DNA of 64,000 nucleotides from Podospora anserina (Eukaryota): NCBI GenBank assembly GCA_017654855.1, contig CM030332.1, positions 6,696,001 to 6,760,000 of the forward strand, read 5' to 3'. Shown piece by piece: positions 42,251 to 54,662 of this stretch (position 1 is its first letter; each line of letters starts with the position of its first letter). The notes under the pieces were generated by a model. It saw only the letters and a program-made list of their open reading frames with translations, ran no database searches and was not told where the DNA came from. The position numbers and the translations under genes were made by a program.

Positions 42251-43925
42251 TTACACGTCTCCTTTGAAAAAGAGAGATAAAAAGTGCTTTTCTCCAAGAG
42301 CTGACTCAAGTATCTCTTTGCAGCAAGCGAAATCCCTCTCCGTTTCGGCGCCTCCAGCCTTCAGGGTGTCATACGCCGTTTGGAGGGGGAGGACAATAGA
42401 TGTTGGCCCAAAGAGCTTCATCTTGTCTTGCATCAAATACTTGGTGCTCCGGCATATGAGCATCGACATCCGCCTGGTTTCTTGAGAGACCATCCCTCGC
42501 GATATATGAGCAAAGGGACGCAGGTCTGGAAATAAGCCCACAATCTTCCCGACACATGTCAAGCAAATCACATTGAACGCCCAGCAATGCGTCAGGCCGT
42601 TAGCTGTTGTGAGGCTGTCAAACCAGATGCAGTCTCCATCATACCAGAAACGAGGGGCCTCAGGAGTGGCCTGGAAGCTTGTTTCCCACAGCGCAAGTCG
42701 GTCAAGCAATGCTTCGAGCTCCGTCAATAGCCTGTCAGCAGTCGTGATTCCAGCCTCCTGGCTCATTCTTTCGATGATGCCCGGAATAGCAGTTGCTTCG
42801 TTCATCAATGCTTGCATTGGCGAAGGAATGATCTCTTGGAAAGGAGCTGTTTGCCACTCTTCTGAGGCAAGGAAAGATGCCTTTCTCGACTGGATCTTCA
42901 GTACAATCTTAACAACATCGACATCGGTCAGCTACACATCGACCGAGACACACATCGAACAAGACGGAAGATCTTTGATGCTTACCAATGCCGGTCTTGC
43001 CCCGACAAATAGCCTGTGGGCGATGCCTGATGCGTAGAACTGTGGCTCTCGCGTCTGCATCAACTCCCCAAGTCCCTCTAAATGAGCGGTCCAGCTTTCA
43101 AGGCTTGTTGGCAACACAAGCTCAGCAAAGAGCAAGCACATTACAGCAGCCATTAGCTGAACCAACGATGACTTGTTGGGGATCTTGAGCGAGTCGTTGA
43201 CGGATCGTAGCGCTACGCTATATGCTTCAAGCGCCGTCGCCATGGGGATCTTGCGTTGCGTCTCGCACACCAGTATGGAGAAAGCAAAGGCTTTGATGGC
43301 GGCATTCAAAGCTGTGTTGTTACCAGCTTTGACGAGATCTGGTAGTACTTCTGCCCACGCCCCTTTACGAGTCAATTAGCCCTTGTCTTTCCATGACGCC
43401 CTGAGAGCAGACACTTTGAAGGGGGAAATCGAGCCCCTTGACTTTTGAAGCCTCAAGCTATACGTACCGCATATTCGAGGAGTAGACGCACTGGCGCCTC
43501 TTTGAATCGCCGCAACATCAGTACCTGGAACATATCCCTGGATGATGATTTCTATCAGCTTGTCAAGCGGTAGGTCTTCGTGGTAAAGCGACCTGAGACT
43601 CCCATTCGGCTCATGCGTTTTCCGGTTCAAGAGTATGCCTGGGAGCTGAGAGGGGGGATGCTTGGTTACGCCAGGGTGACCAGCCACTCTAGCAAGTATC
43701 GGCTTTGTCTGAATGTTAGGTGGAGCGAACTGAGAGATGAATATCCAATCCGGTGGATATCCGGGGCAGGTGATGTTGCGGAGGAGACATTGGCCGCATG
43801 AAGGCTTTCTCCCGTCACACTAAACGCGCCTCGTCAGCAATGTGGAAGGTAGGTATGATCGGATCCCGTACACTGATCTTCTTCTGCCTGCAGATTTGAC
43901 ATGTCGTCCTCTGTCGAATCTTCAT
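42251..43925 (-). CDS. Zn(II)2Cys6 transcription factor (4 exons)
   Basis: Spliced N-terminus MKIRQRTTCQICRQKKIS|CDGRKPSCGQCLLRNITCPGY has all six Cys. Downstream ICG|AWAEVLP...WTAHLEGLGELMQTREP fits a fungal TF regulatory region. Not seen as one ORF in the track because of introns. Confidence 0.88.
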
Positions 43926-44441
43926 CCTGGGTGCTGACACAGCGAGTGATGTTCAAGGCTTGGCGGGTTATGTTTCCAGGAAGGGAATAGCAACATCAGA
44001 TGTGAGGGTCGCGGGGCTCCATACTTTATGTACTCCAACTCCCCAAGTCTGGGTATACCCCTCGGCGTCATGATCTGGATTTGTACATCTCTCGCATTTC
44101 CCCGTGGGATTGAAGTTTGTCGTTGCCATCTCTCCTGCGCTAAGCCGAATCGGGAGTCATTAATCGCCAAGACCTGCGCCATGGATCACAAAGCGGGGGT
44201 TAGCAACCTCCCCTGTAAAGCTTATCCTGAGTGCATCGACATCAGGCCCTTGCGATGAACCGCAGAGATCTGGGGGGTTCGAATGGAGAGCGTTGCTCTC
44301 CGTCATAGGGAACTCGTGTATATAAGACAATGAAATTTCTCCAGAATTTATCTCGACAAACCATTCCGTCCCTTCAATCGCCAGGCGCCTGTCACTCCTG
44401 AACCTCTGCATTTGACTTACACACTTGTGAACCTCTCAATC

Positions 44442-45422
44442 ATGACCTCCTCGATCAAACTCTCGGCCCCTCTGAGCCTCACCCACATCGGCACTGCGAC
44501 TGCCCTCATTCATCTTGGGGACGATAGCAACCCTGTCACACTCATCACCGACCCCTTCTTCTCTCATGCCCCATTTGAATTCGATATGGGTCTCCTTGTC
44601 CTCAAGGCATCCATTGAACCGGCTCTAGGCCTTGCCAATCTCCCTCCTATCGATGCTGTTCTCCTGAGCCACGAGGACCATGTCGACAATCTTGACGAGC
44701 CTGGCCGCCGTCTTCTCGAAGGCCGCATCGTGCTCACCACCCCTGACGGAGCAAAGAACCTTGCTCCTCGGCCTGGTGTCAAAGCTTTGCAGCCTTGGTT
44801 GGTTTTTGTTTTTCCTCTCAGAGATAGCTACAGAAGCTGATATCGAATAATCAGGGAGACTGTTTCTATCAAGCTCCAGGGACAGACTTTTGAGGTTACT
44901 GGAACCCCTTGCGTCCACCTTCCTGGTGGTGAGGTCACTGGCTTCATCCTGACAACGGAATCGTTTGGAAAGACTGATGGCAAGCCAAACGCGATATTCT
45001 TCTCTGGGGACACAATTTACATCCCTGAGCTGGCAAAGATGAAGGAGAAGTACCGTATGTTTCATGTTCCTTCACCTCCTTCACATCACCACATTACCAC
45101 ATTACCACAGCAGCCGTTTCTTCTTTCATCACCAAAAAACCAACCAATATCTAACAACCCTCCAGACATCTCCGTCGCCTTGCTCAACCTAGGCAAAGCA
45201 ACAGCCCCTCTCCCCACGGGCCCCCTTGTAATCACCATGGACGGCGCGCAGGCAGTAAAGCTGTTCCGAGAGCTGGGAGCTGACGTGCTGGTCCCCATGC
45301 ACTTTGAGAGTTGGGATCACTTCAAGGAGCAGCGGGAAGATTTGGCGCAGGCGTTCAAGGCCGAGGGGTTGGACAAGGAGGTTTTGTGGTTGGAGCCTGG
45401 GAAGAAGACCAAGCTCGTTTAG
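44442..45422 (+). CDS. Metallo-beta-lactamase-fold hydrolase (3 exons; introns about 44797-44853 and 45055-45166)
   Basis: THIGTATA, LITDPFF, LLSHEDHVDNLD, HLPGGEVTGF, FSGDTIY, LVPMHFESWDHF. Confidence 0.9.
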
Positions 45423-45548
45423 GTTGATGTGAGCATGGAACGTTTACTAGGTATCTTTCAAGGTCTGTCCAGGAAGGAAAGAGGTCCATAAAGGCGGATG
45501 AAATACATGGGGTGAAGGACATCTGGGTGGCTCCAACGAGGCTTCCTT

Positions 45549-45937
45549 TCAAGACCGTGATACAGCGAAGAGCGATACAAGGTAGCTTTTCCGGCCCGCA
45601 TTCTCCCCCCAAGTCCGATCATGACACTGCCAATCATACGCCCTCCTGTGGCACGAGGCGCACACATTGACCCTGTCGGGGAACCTCCTGACGCAGTACT
45701 GGTCCATGTTGACGAAGTAATTTTCTCCTCTGAAAACACACGACCAAGTGTTGCATGCCTCCTCCCACCCCACGCGGGCCTGGGCGCCGTCGCCGTACTG
45801 CTGCTGTCAGGCTTCCCGGACGTCCACGTTGCTGAGCCAGACTCTGTTCTCTAGGGTGGAGTCAGCTGCGACGGCAGAAATGGGTGTTGTAGGTGCGGCA
45901 AAAGGGCTGTGAGAGCGGGGAAGCGGGGGATAATCAT
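45549..45937 (-). pseudogene. Disrupted small secreted cysteine-rich protein gene
   Basis: ATG and hydrophobic start (MIIPRFPALTAL) are out of frame with AAPTT...LENRVWLSNVDVREA. An in-frame TGA at 45807-45809 is followed in frame by QQQYGDGAQARVGWEEACNTWSC...VNMDQYC...CASC...YDWQC. Confidence 0.65.
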
Positions 45938-47399
45938 CTTGAAGACTGTTGAAGTGAGAGTGGTTAGTGGAGGGCCAGAAAGAGAAGATCAGGCGAGATA
46001 TAAACAGAGATTTTTCAGTGCCGGCAAGGAGGAGGTAAGCTAGGCAGAACCTACAAACTTGTTTTCCTGGTGACGATGAATCTGGACTGTCGAGAGCTGA
46101 GTTCAAAGGTGTTGGGGGTTCTTATAGGGTGATGGTCTGGGGAAGGTTCAAGATCGTGGTCGTAGAGGCCTCTTTTATAGAAATTGGGAGCTCCTTTCCA
46201 TTTCAAGCAGAAGTCTCGAATGACTTCAGACTTGTTTACAGAACCCTTCCTACAGCCCGGGACAGAGAAGCTGCTTGAACTTCTCCGACTCCTGTCTGCC
46301 GACCGTCAAACATGAGACATCCAAATTCGGGTATAAGATGGAAGTGCATGTGATGCTGTGAAAGTGCCTGCAACTTGCTACCTATGTTACGTTGCACGCC
46401 TAGATCATTCGATACAGCATCTACTTCCTACTGATCGATTTCGTAGTCCGGTGGAGGTTGACATTTTGACACCCTAATCACCAAATTCCCGGTTTGTATC
46501 CCTCTCTATAGGGGTCAAACAAGACAACGGTTTGGGCTGAAAAACGAGCTCTCGCGCTCAGAATTCAACCCTTGAGGATTCCAAAGACGCTGCATTCCGG
46601 AGTGTGGCACCATAGTTTCTTTCACTCCTGGGACTGCGAATAACACGAGTACTCAGGCTCTGGAGATGCTATCACGTTGGTGCAGCTGCCCATACTATTG
46701 GCAATCGTTAGGAGTACTGCTGCTGGAAAAATACCGCCGTTTAGGTGTCTGAGCCGCGACAACCTTTGGTAGCGCCAAATCAGTTGGTCAGCCTTAACCG
46801 CGATATAAATACCCTGGTAGCTTCCTGGTTGGATCTTTACAGAGTGGACGCACAAGTAGGCAGCCTTTTGGACTTTACCTTCTCATACTGCTGTCTGGTG
46901 CCGAAGGATACCGGGTCTATAGATGAACCATGAAGAAGATAAGGAAGGTACCTAGGTAGGAATGCAGCACGGAGCCGGGCGGAAAAAAACGAGTACGATC
47001 ACCGCTTGAATCCCTCAAAAGCTGGAACTGTAGTTATCATCCGATTGAAGACCCTACGAGCCTCCTTTAAGAATCTGTTGTCAAATGATAGGATAGGAAA
47101 TTTTGAAAATGTTGCCGCAGCTCTCAATACTTTTCGGTGAAGCAGGTAGCTGCCTCGGATGCCAACTACCTACATAATTGATAACGCACCCCATTTACTG
47201 ATGTGGGCGGATGCTGTAAGTCGGTGTTTACTACATGTAAAATCCTAAACGCTGATTGTTTTCTTTATGCTTCTCATTGCCATCGAAAAATGGACATACC
47301 ACTTGCGTAGTACCTCGTTCCCTTTGAAATCAAGCGATTCATCAAGGGCAAACTCTGGCAACCGTGTATCCAATATAACGCCGAAAGAATCATGGTATA

Positions 47400-47879
47400 T
47401 TTTGAGTCTCATTGTGACTACCTTCCCTGCTTATTGCTATCTTCCAGTTGTGACACTCGACTCTTCCCAAACGGGTTTGTTGATGAGCCTTGCGGACCTT
47501 GGTCCTTACACTCCCGCAGAACCAACAAAAAGTCATGTGCCTGGACACATAAGCAGATTGGGCGTCACCAACCAGACCCCTGTGTTTGGCAACCTGTGGC
47601 AGTCTACGTGCGCATAAAGACGAACGCTTTTCATTCTGGCATGACAGACTTGTGATTTTGAAGTAGGTCTACGATGACTCAAGTCCAAGAGGAATGAAGA
47701 GATGGTGGAATAACCGGAGGAACTTGGTCCAATGGTATACTTTCTGGGTTGCTATCTTGGTGTTTGTGACAACTGTCTTTTTCGGACTTGTGCAAAGCAT
47801 CGAGGGGGCTATCCAGGTGTATTTTGAATGGGAGTCCTTCAGGAATGACAGTCCTGTTTCTGTAGGGCTGCACCACTAG
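47400..47879 (+). pseudogene. Degenerate 3' remnant of a fungal hypothetical membrane-protein gene
   Basis: Fragments in shifting frames: LFPNGFVDE / LRTLVL / SFWHDRLVILK*VYDDSSPRGMKRWWNNRRNLVQWYTFWVAILVFVTTVFFGLVQSIEGAIQVY, with frameshifts and an in-frame TAG. Confidence 0.7.
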
Positions 47880-49070
47880 AGGATATGGAGCCGGGAGTCG
47901 AGAAATGCACAATGGTAGCGAGGAAATTGGAACCACAATAGCAGTCATTGGGTTTTGTAGCAGCTTGTTCATGGTGGCATGCTGTTGAAGCTGGAGCTGA
48001 AGCTGTGTCGCTGCGGTCCATGATTGAAACCGGTCACTGTCTGCTTACCCACGGAGTCTTGACAAAAAAAATGCCAAAAGGCATAAAAGAGCAGTCATAG
48101 GGAGCAAAGCTAGAGAAGGATATCCAACCCCATTTTTTTTTATTTTTTTTACAACGCGCCATGTTCCCCACGTTTAAAAGTTAATATGTTTAAAACGTCT
48201 CCCATCTACCATATCTTCAAAACATACATCAACTATCATTCAGCGTCTATCCGCGATCTTTGAACGTCTACCAACTGTCTCCAAGGGCCTATAAACTAAG
48301 GTATTTTGAAAGCCTCATCAATCATTTTCAAGGGCTTAATCAGGTAGTGCTATGTTATACATGGTAGTTAGGGTAATCGATTATCTTTGGAAACCCATCA
48401 TTTCAAAGAGATAACTGTCACCGTCCTTTTTATCCGAGAGTAAATGCAGTAATCACAAGAAGGGGGCCTCTCTGCTGTAAGTTTCATTACTCTCCAATCA
48501 CAAACCGCTCTTTTATAGGGCTGAAAGGACCGCTCGTTCTCTGCTTCAATCAAGCGCCTCGCAGCGCTTTCCCAACGGGGTGGCAGTGTACCACCACTTC
48601 ACCTCCAAGCCCTGGAATTGTCGATGTGGGAGACCTGGACAGTCAGGTACGCAAGACAATTGGCCGTCCAGGTGACACAAGGTCAAGTGAGTGCTGCACG
48701 TCTGGTTCTTGGGAAGCGCGTTCTAGACCTCTGGATGGTCAGGGTTTCTTCGGGGTACCTTCAGCCGCATGCATCCACGTTCTTATCCCGAGAGAGATGC
48801 GCTCCCTGCTGGTAGGCATGCAAAGGTAAACCACAGCACTGCCATCGACGGCGTCCTTTTCCAGCGACGGGTTCTTCCGCTCTGTACCAGGCATCCTTAA
48901 AGTCTGTCTATTTGCCAAAAGTTTATCATGGCGACGCAGTTGGTCAACAATGGGAGTCTGAGTCGATTCCTTTTTAACCTTTACCCTTCACGTCCGTTTT
49001 CCTTTTCTTTTCTTCACTCATTAGTTTGTTGCAACCCTGCTCGTGTGTTGTCTTGTCATGAACTGGAACA

Positions 49071-52000
49071 ATGGCGTCCCTCTCAGAAGATCGACCTTTG
49101 AAGAAAAAGAAGAGCAGAAATATCAAACTCTCCAGTATGTTCTGCGGTAGGCTCCAAGATACACAGCACTTGCTAACAGGATACCCCAGAAAATGGGAAT
49201 CCAACATCAAGGCCCTTCTTGTCGAGAGTTTTTGGAATGGCTACAACTTTGGTGATGACATTGGGGCTTGTTGGCGTTGTCATCTATCTGAGAAAGACTC
49301 TCCCGGACGGTTCAAAGCCAAGCTATGCCAGCTCATCCACACTGCAAGCGCGAGGAGGGGGAGCGGCGGGAGCAACAATAATTGAACGCCAGAGAAACTT
49401 GTTTACCCTAGCGCCAGTCTTCACGGCTGGACCGCCAATACTGCCCGGAGACTTCCCGATCATTTCAAGCACTGTAGACTGCACAACGGTCATGGTTCCA
49501 GCGCGTCAAGTCAAACGACAGGGATATTGGCACACATACTGCTCGACAAGCTATTTCACAATTACTCGGACACCGACCGTAACTTTGACAACAAAGGGGC
49601 CGCTCTTCACTCTGAGGCCGACGAGAATATTTACTTTTAGACTTCCATCCGGCTCTCCTGTGGTAGATTGTACTACCTATGTTATCCCAGATAAGCTCAA
49701 GCGCGGCGAGGAGGTTGACTGCACGACTAGATACGTGCCTTTCACCACATCCACCAGGCCAACAACAACTGTAACGACAACCCCAACAGAGTCCCCTACA
49801 GAGACCTCGACAATAACGCCTCCAACAACACGGCCACCCACATCGATGACGATCTCCACCAGCTCAACAGTCTTCTCGTCCACAATATCAACATCGACAA
49901 CGACAACAACAACAACAGTGGAAGATATATCCACTATGCCAACCGTTGTTGATCCCTGCGCTACGACATGGATGGACTGTCAGGACCGCATCGAGGGTAA
50001 ATGCCTCACGTTTACCTTGACACTTTCAGATTGCCCTTCCACCTCGACCGAAACTGTGATAACCACCACGCCGATAGTTACGTCAACCGTCACTGCACCG
50101 CCCATTGTCGATACATGCATGGCAACTTCGGTAACCTGTACAACCATACCAATTATTCTTGCAAGGGGTCTGAGAAGGGCTGACAGGATTGACTGTATGA
50201 CGTCTTTTTCAACTTTGGAAGAATGCATCTCCACCTCAACAACTACTACCACTCCTTCCACAAGCTTGCAGACTTCAACCACTTCAGAAAATGCAACAAC
50301 AATTACCATCTCGCCATCCTTCACTTCTATTAACTTGAGTACCTCCACCCCGGGTACGGAGGAAACTACATCCGCCTCTTCATCAGAGCAGTCAACGTCC
50401 GCCGAAGTCAGTACTACAGATCTTCCCGAAACACTACCAACCTCTGAGATAGAGTCTCCAACTACTGTTATAATTCCGCCTTTGACTACCTCAACAGTCA
50501 CCTTTGCATCCATCCCAACAGCTATCTCTATATCCACCTCAAGAAACCCTCTTATCACCACTCTAACAACTGCTCCAACAACTGCTCCAACAACTACCTC
50601 AACTATTACTCCAACTACTAGTCCAACGGCCTCCTCAGCAGCCATCACAGCGGTTATTCCATCGACTTCTGCGACCAATACTTTGACAACAACACCCTCT
50701 GCAATGTCAGTAACAACCACTCCGATAACGATTTCGACAAATACCCCATTGACTCCGTCATCGGTTGTGTCTTCAAATGCCGAATCCAATCCAGGCTCAA
50801 CAACCTTAACAAATGTGCGGATTCCCGGAGTAAGCACTAGCCTCCAGACCGAGACGACAAACACGGAGTCGACCAGCTTAATCTCTTCAGCTTCAGGTGG
50901 AACTTCGACGCGGAATGTGCAGACCACGGATCCTATAAACACAGCAACGTTTTGGGGGACTGAAGCAGCGACAGAGACAAACTCGGACCCATTTGTTATT
51001 GCCCAAGTATCGTCTCAACCGGAGCCCGATTCCACAGCATTGACTGTGACTGGTTCTAGCTCGAGTTCGGTGACGTCAATTCTGACAACAAATACGGAGA
51101 CTGAGGAAGCTGCCAAGTCAACTTCTTCCCAAGAATCGACAATTGTCACGGGGTCAATCTCGTCCGTCGTATCATCTTCTGAGACCAATCCATCCAGGAT
51201 TTTGTCCTCCACGCTGTCTAGCCCCGACACAACCCATTTTTCATCTTTCTCCTCTGCTCAGAAATCTTCTGGGGCTTCAACTGAAGAAGCCACACCGATA
51301 GCCCAAACAGGTCAAACAGCGACCGGCTCAGCAACCGTTGGTCCAGGTGAAACCACAGCAACATCATCACCAAGCCCAGATACAGGCGCCCCAGCCCTCA
51401 TGTCATGGCCATATTGGAAGATCACAGAGTCCCTCACTGGAAACCATGCCCCTCTGATCGTAGGGCGAGGTTTCATGCTCATGATGGGTGCCTTCTACCA
51501 ACAGGTCATCACCCATGACCCAGTCAGGCAGCTCACAAGCGGGGGCATCTCTGCCACAGAACTTGTCAGTCCCCCGATCGGAGCTTCAGAGTTTGGTCTC
51601 TTTGTAGCTCAAATCGGCACCATCTTCGTAGCCGGTGGGACATACGTCGATACCAACTACTGCAACGACCTCGCATCTCCCACCAACATCAACCCCTGTC
51701 CTCCCAAAATCACCGGAAATCCATGGGTTCTCGACATCATCATTACCATTCTGGTGATCCAAGCCGGGGTGGTAGCCTACACGATGAGCAAGTGGTTCCA
51801 AAAGCCAGGGCGCCTCTCGGCTGACCCTACTACCATTGCCGGCGTGGCAGCCGTAATGGGCCATCCACAGATTGAACAGCAGTTTTCGTCTTTTGGCGGG
51901 GAGATCACACAACAGGAACTGCTGCATGCCCTCAAGGGGCAGGAATTCAAGCTCGGGACTTTTACCACCGAGGATGGGGTCACAAAGTATGGGATTATGC

Positions 52001-53050
52001 CTGTGGCTTTGTATGAGAGGAAGGATAGGAGCCAGAGGGGGTGGTGGGCGAGGACGAGGGACACCGTCCGGTCGGGGTTCAACAAGGCGATGTTTTTTAG
52101 GAATTGGAAGCTGAATAGGCTGTTTCTTGATGTTGTTTTCGGACTGTTGCTGGTGGCTCTGCTTGGGCTAACGCTGGCTTCGTTGGCGAATATTGAGCAG
52201 CCGCAAAAGGTGTTTTTGCCGACGGCTGTTGCTAGTGGAGTTGGGATGAAGATTTTGTTTGCGCTTTTGGGGGTGCTGATCTCGTCGAATTGGGGGAGGT
52301 TGTTTCAGGGTGAGTTGATATCTTGTTCTCTTTTTCCTTCTCTTTTTTCTTCCATTTTTCCCTTGTTCCCTTTTGTTCCCTCTGTCTTTTAGAACCGGAC
52401 AAGCAGCTAACAGCACACGAAAAGATACCCAAACCTTCAGCCCCTATTTTCCCCTGAGAGACGGAGAAGCACGGCCAAACCCAACCATTCTCCTAAACCG
52501 CCACAGCAGCCCCATCTGCGCTTTCATTCCCCTCCTACGCAACAGACATCTCGCTGCAGCGTCAGTGGCATTCACCGGGATCATCGCAGAGTTTCTCATC
52601 ATCGCCCTCGCTGGCCTGCCTTATCGACCGGGTCAGCTTCGATCCGAGTTCTTGTTTTGCGGCATCGCTAGTACCATCATCCTCTGCGTCATGCTAGTGC
52701 AGTTGGCACTGGTGATTATCTGGCGCAGAAAGCTGCCTCACTTGCCCCGCCAGCCGGATACAATTGCTGCGGTGATGACATACGTCGCTGGCACGAGCAT
52801 GGTGAGAGACTTTTATGGGTTGGAAGAGATGAAGACCAAGGAGAGGAACAAGGCGATTGTCCAAATGGGCAAAGTGTATGCGTATGGGTGGAGGCAAGAG
52901 CCGGAGGGTGGGATAAGATGGATTGTGGATGAGGTTCCTGACGCGGAGAGGAAGAGTTTCTTGTCCGGGACGAGAACGAGTGCAGAGTCGTCGGCCGGAG
53001 GGAGGGGTTGGTATAGACCGAGGGGCCGGGAATGGATGAGGGACGTATAG
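49071..53050 (+). CDS. Large membrane protein with Thr/Ser-rich mucin-like ectodomain and C-terminal multi-TM (DUF3433-like) region; introns 49135-49189, 52310-52424
   Basis: N-terminal TM, roughly 600 aa rich in Thr/Ser with Cys pairs, then ADPTTIAGVAAVMGHP and LPRQPDTIAAVMTYVAGTSM repeats with TM helices. Both introns restore frame. Confidence 0.78.
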
Positions 53051-53179
53051 ATGTGATATGACTGGATGTTATGAATGAACTGCTGGACAGCACATTATGT
53101 ATACCTGCCCCGCCTAGGTAGATAGGAAGATGGCACTGCATATAAATTGAATTTTACACTACATATCGTCCTTAACCAC

Positions 53180-53300
53180 ATCTTAAAAGATAAGGTAATT
53201 AATAACACTTGAAAGATAAGGTGGTTAAAGGTCTCAAAAGATAGTTGGTAGGCCTCAAAAAATGGTCAATAGGCCTCGAAAGATGGTCAACAGGCCTCGG
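53180..53300. repeat. Degenerate AT-rich tandem repeats (AAAGATAAGGT x2; about 21-bp AGGCCTC-AAAGATGGTCAA-like unit x3-4)
   Basis: aggtctcaaaagatagttggt aggcctcaaaaaatggtcaat aggcctcgaaagatggtcaac aggcctc. Confidence 0.7.
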
Positions 53301-54316
53301 GAGACACTTAGAAGACCTGCTTCCAATTAGAAAGGGAAAAGTTGACGGTCATCATACGTTTCACTGACTTACTGGTATTTTTTTCCAGGGCGTGGATGGC
53401 TCCTATCATGATGACATGCAACTATTTGGAACAAGTCACACCAATAGACGGAGGAAAGTCAACCTCTGTGGGGGTTTGTTTGACCTGCCGTGCTGCCCCC
53501 AAAAGATGAATTGTGTCCACTGCCGATAATACAGCCTGCTGACTGGACACAAACAAGCGCGTCGATCGGACGATCAAGCCGATCGTATTCATGCGATTTG
53601 CCTTTTTCTACCTTTCATTTTTCGTTTGCACGCCAACATCCAGGTTACATTTTGGGGGTGGTGTCAATTCGAAACGGGGCTATTCCCTGCGGTGCGCCTA
53701 TCCGAGACAGTGGGCGCTATCGGACACTAACAGCGTACCACTGATTTCTACAGGCTGCAAGATAGCAACTCATAGCACTGCCATCTTATACTGGAAAGGC
53801 AACACAGCCCGATCACCAACTCCGCAGCGGCAGTTTGAGACTGGGGAACACCCCGCAGAACCATTCTTCCAGCATGACAAGAGGAGTCGTTTGCGGCATC
53901 GTGTTTGGTCGGTTTACCAGGGAGAGGAACAGCCTTGGCAGGGAATGCCGTTTCAGCTTTTCTTGGGGGGAATATGGATACTTGCAAGGCGGGACCATTT
54001 GAGATGAACATGCATTGATAAATAAATACAAAAGGCATCCTTCCCTGGTCGTGGGTGTTGGGCGTTTGCTGGTCGGTTTTTTGGTTTGTTGTTTTCGTTC
54101 ATTTCCTGCTGTGCTTGTGAATACCTGCAGCTTGGGGCCTGCAGTGTCCCCTTTCACCACGCGGTTTTTTCTTCTGCTTGAAATCATTTTCTTTTACTGG
54201 CATCGTTTCTCTTAGGGGTTGCTTGATTCATTCATTCTATCCAGGCAGGCCTGATTAGCACCGGCAGCGCCGTTACCATCGTTGAAAACCATCCAGCAAA
54301 GACAAAATACTTCAAA

Positions 54317-54662
54317 ATGCGAGCCTTCATCCAGACCATCATCTTCTTCCTGCTCAGCCTGCAAATGGTTGCTGCGTTGGTCATTCCAGTTCCTCTCAAG
54401 ACCTCATCTACTCCCCGGCGACGAGATACATCGAAGGAGTCTGAGTCAGCGTTGCCGCCAACCCAATACAAGATCACCGACTTCTACGGCCAAGCAGTAA
54501 GAAACCATTTTCCATCGATGCTATAAGAGGAATTCAAAGACTAACAGTCATTGACAGGCATGCCACAACGTCTTGACATCGTGCCGCGCGGATTCCGACT
54601 GTTGCTCTGGGCTGCAGTGTGGAAACTTTGAAGGGGAGATGCTGTGTACGCCTCGAGGTTAA
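54317..54662 (+). CDS. Secreted prepropeptide with inhibitor-cystine-knot (knottin)-like C-terminus; intron 54497-54557
   Basis: Signal peptide MRAFIQTIIFFLLSLQMVAA, RRR site, spliced exon 2 ACHNVLTSCRADSDCCSGLQCGNFEGEMLCTPRG*. Intron has GTAAGA donor, CTAAC branch and CAG acceptor. Confidence 0.8.

Noticed and set aside
47660..47670. In-frame TAG as an A-to-I-edited premature stop
   Set aside because: Surrounding frameshifts show general decay, and Gln rather than Trp seems the likely ancestral residue.
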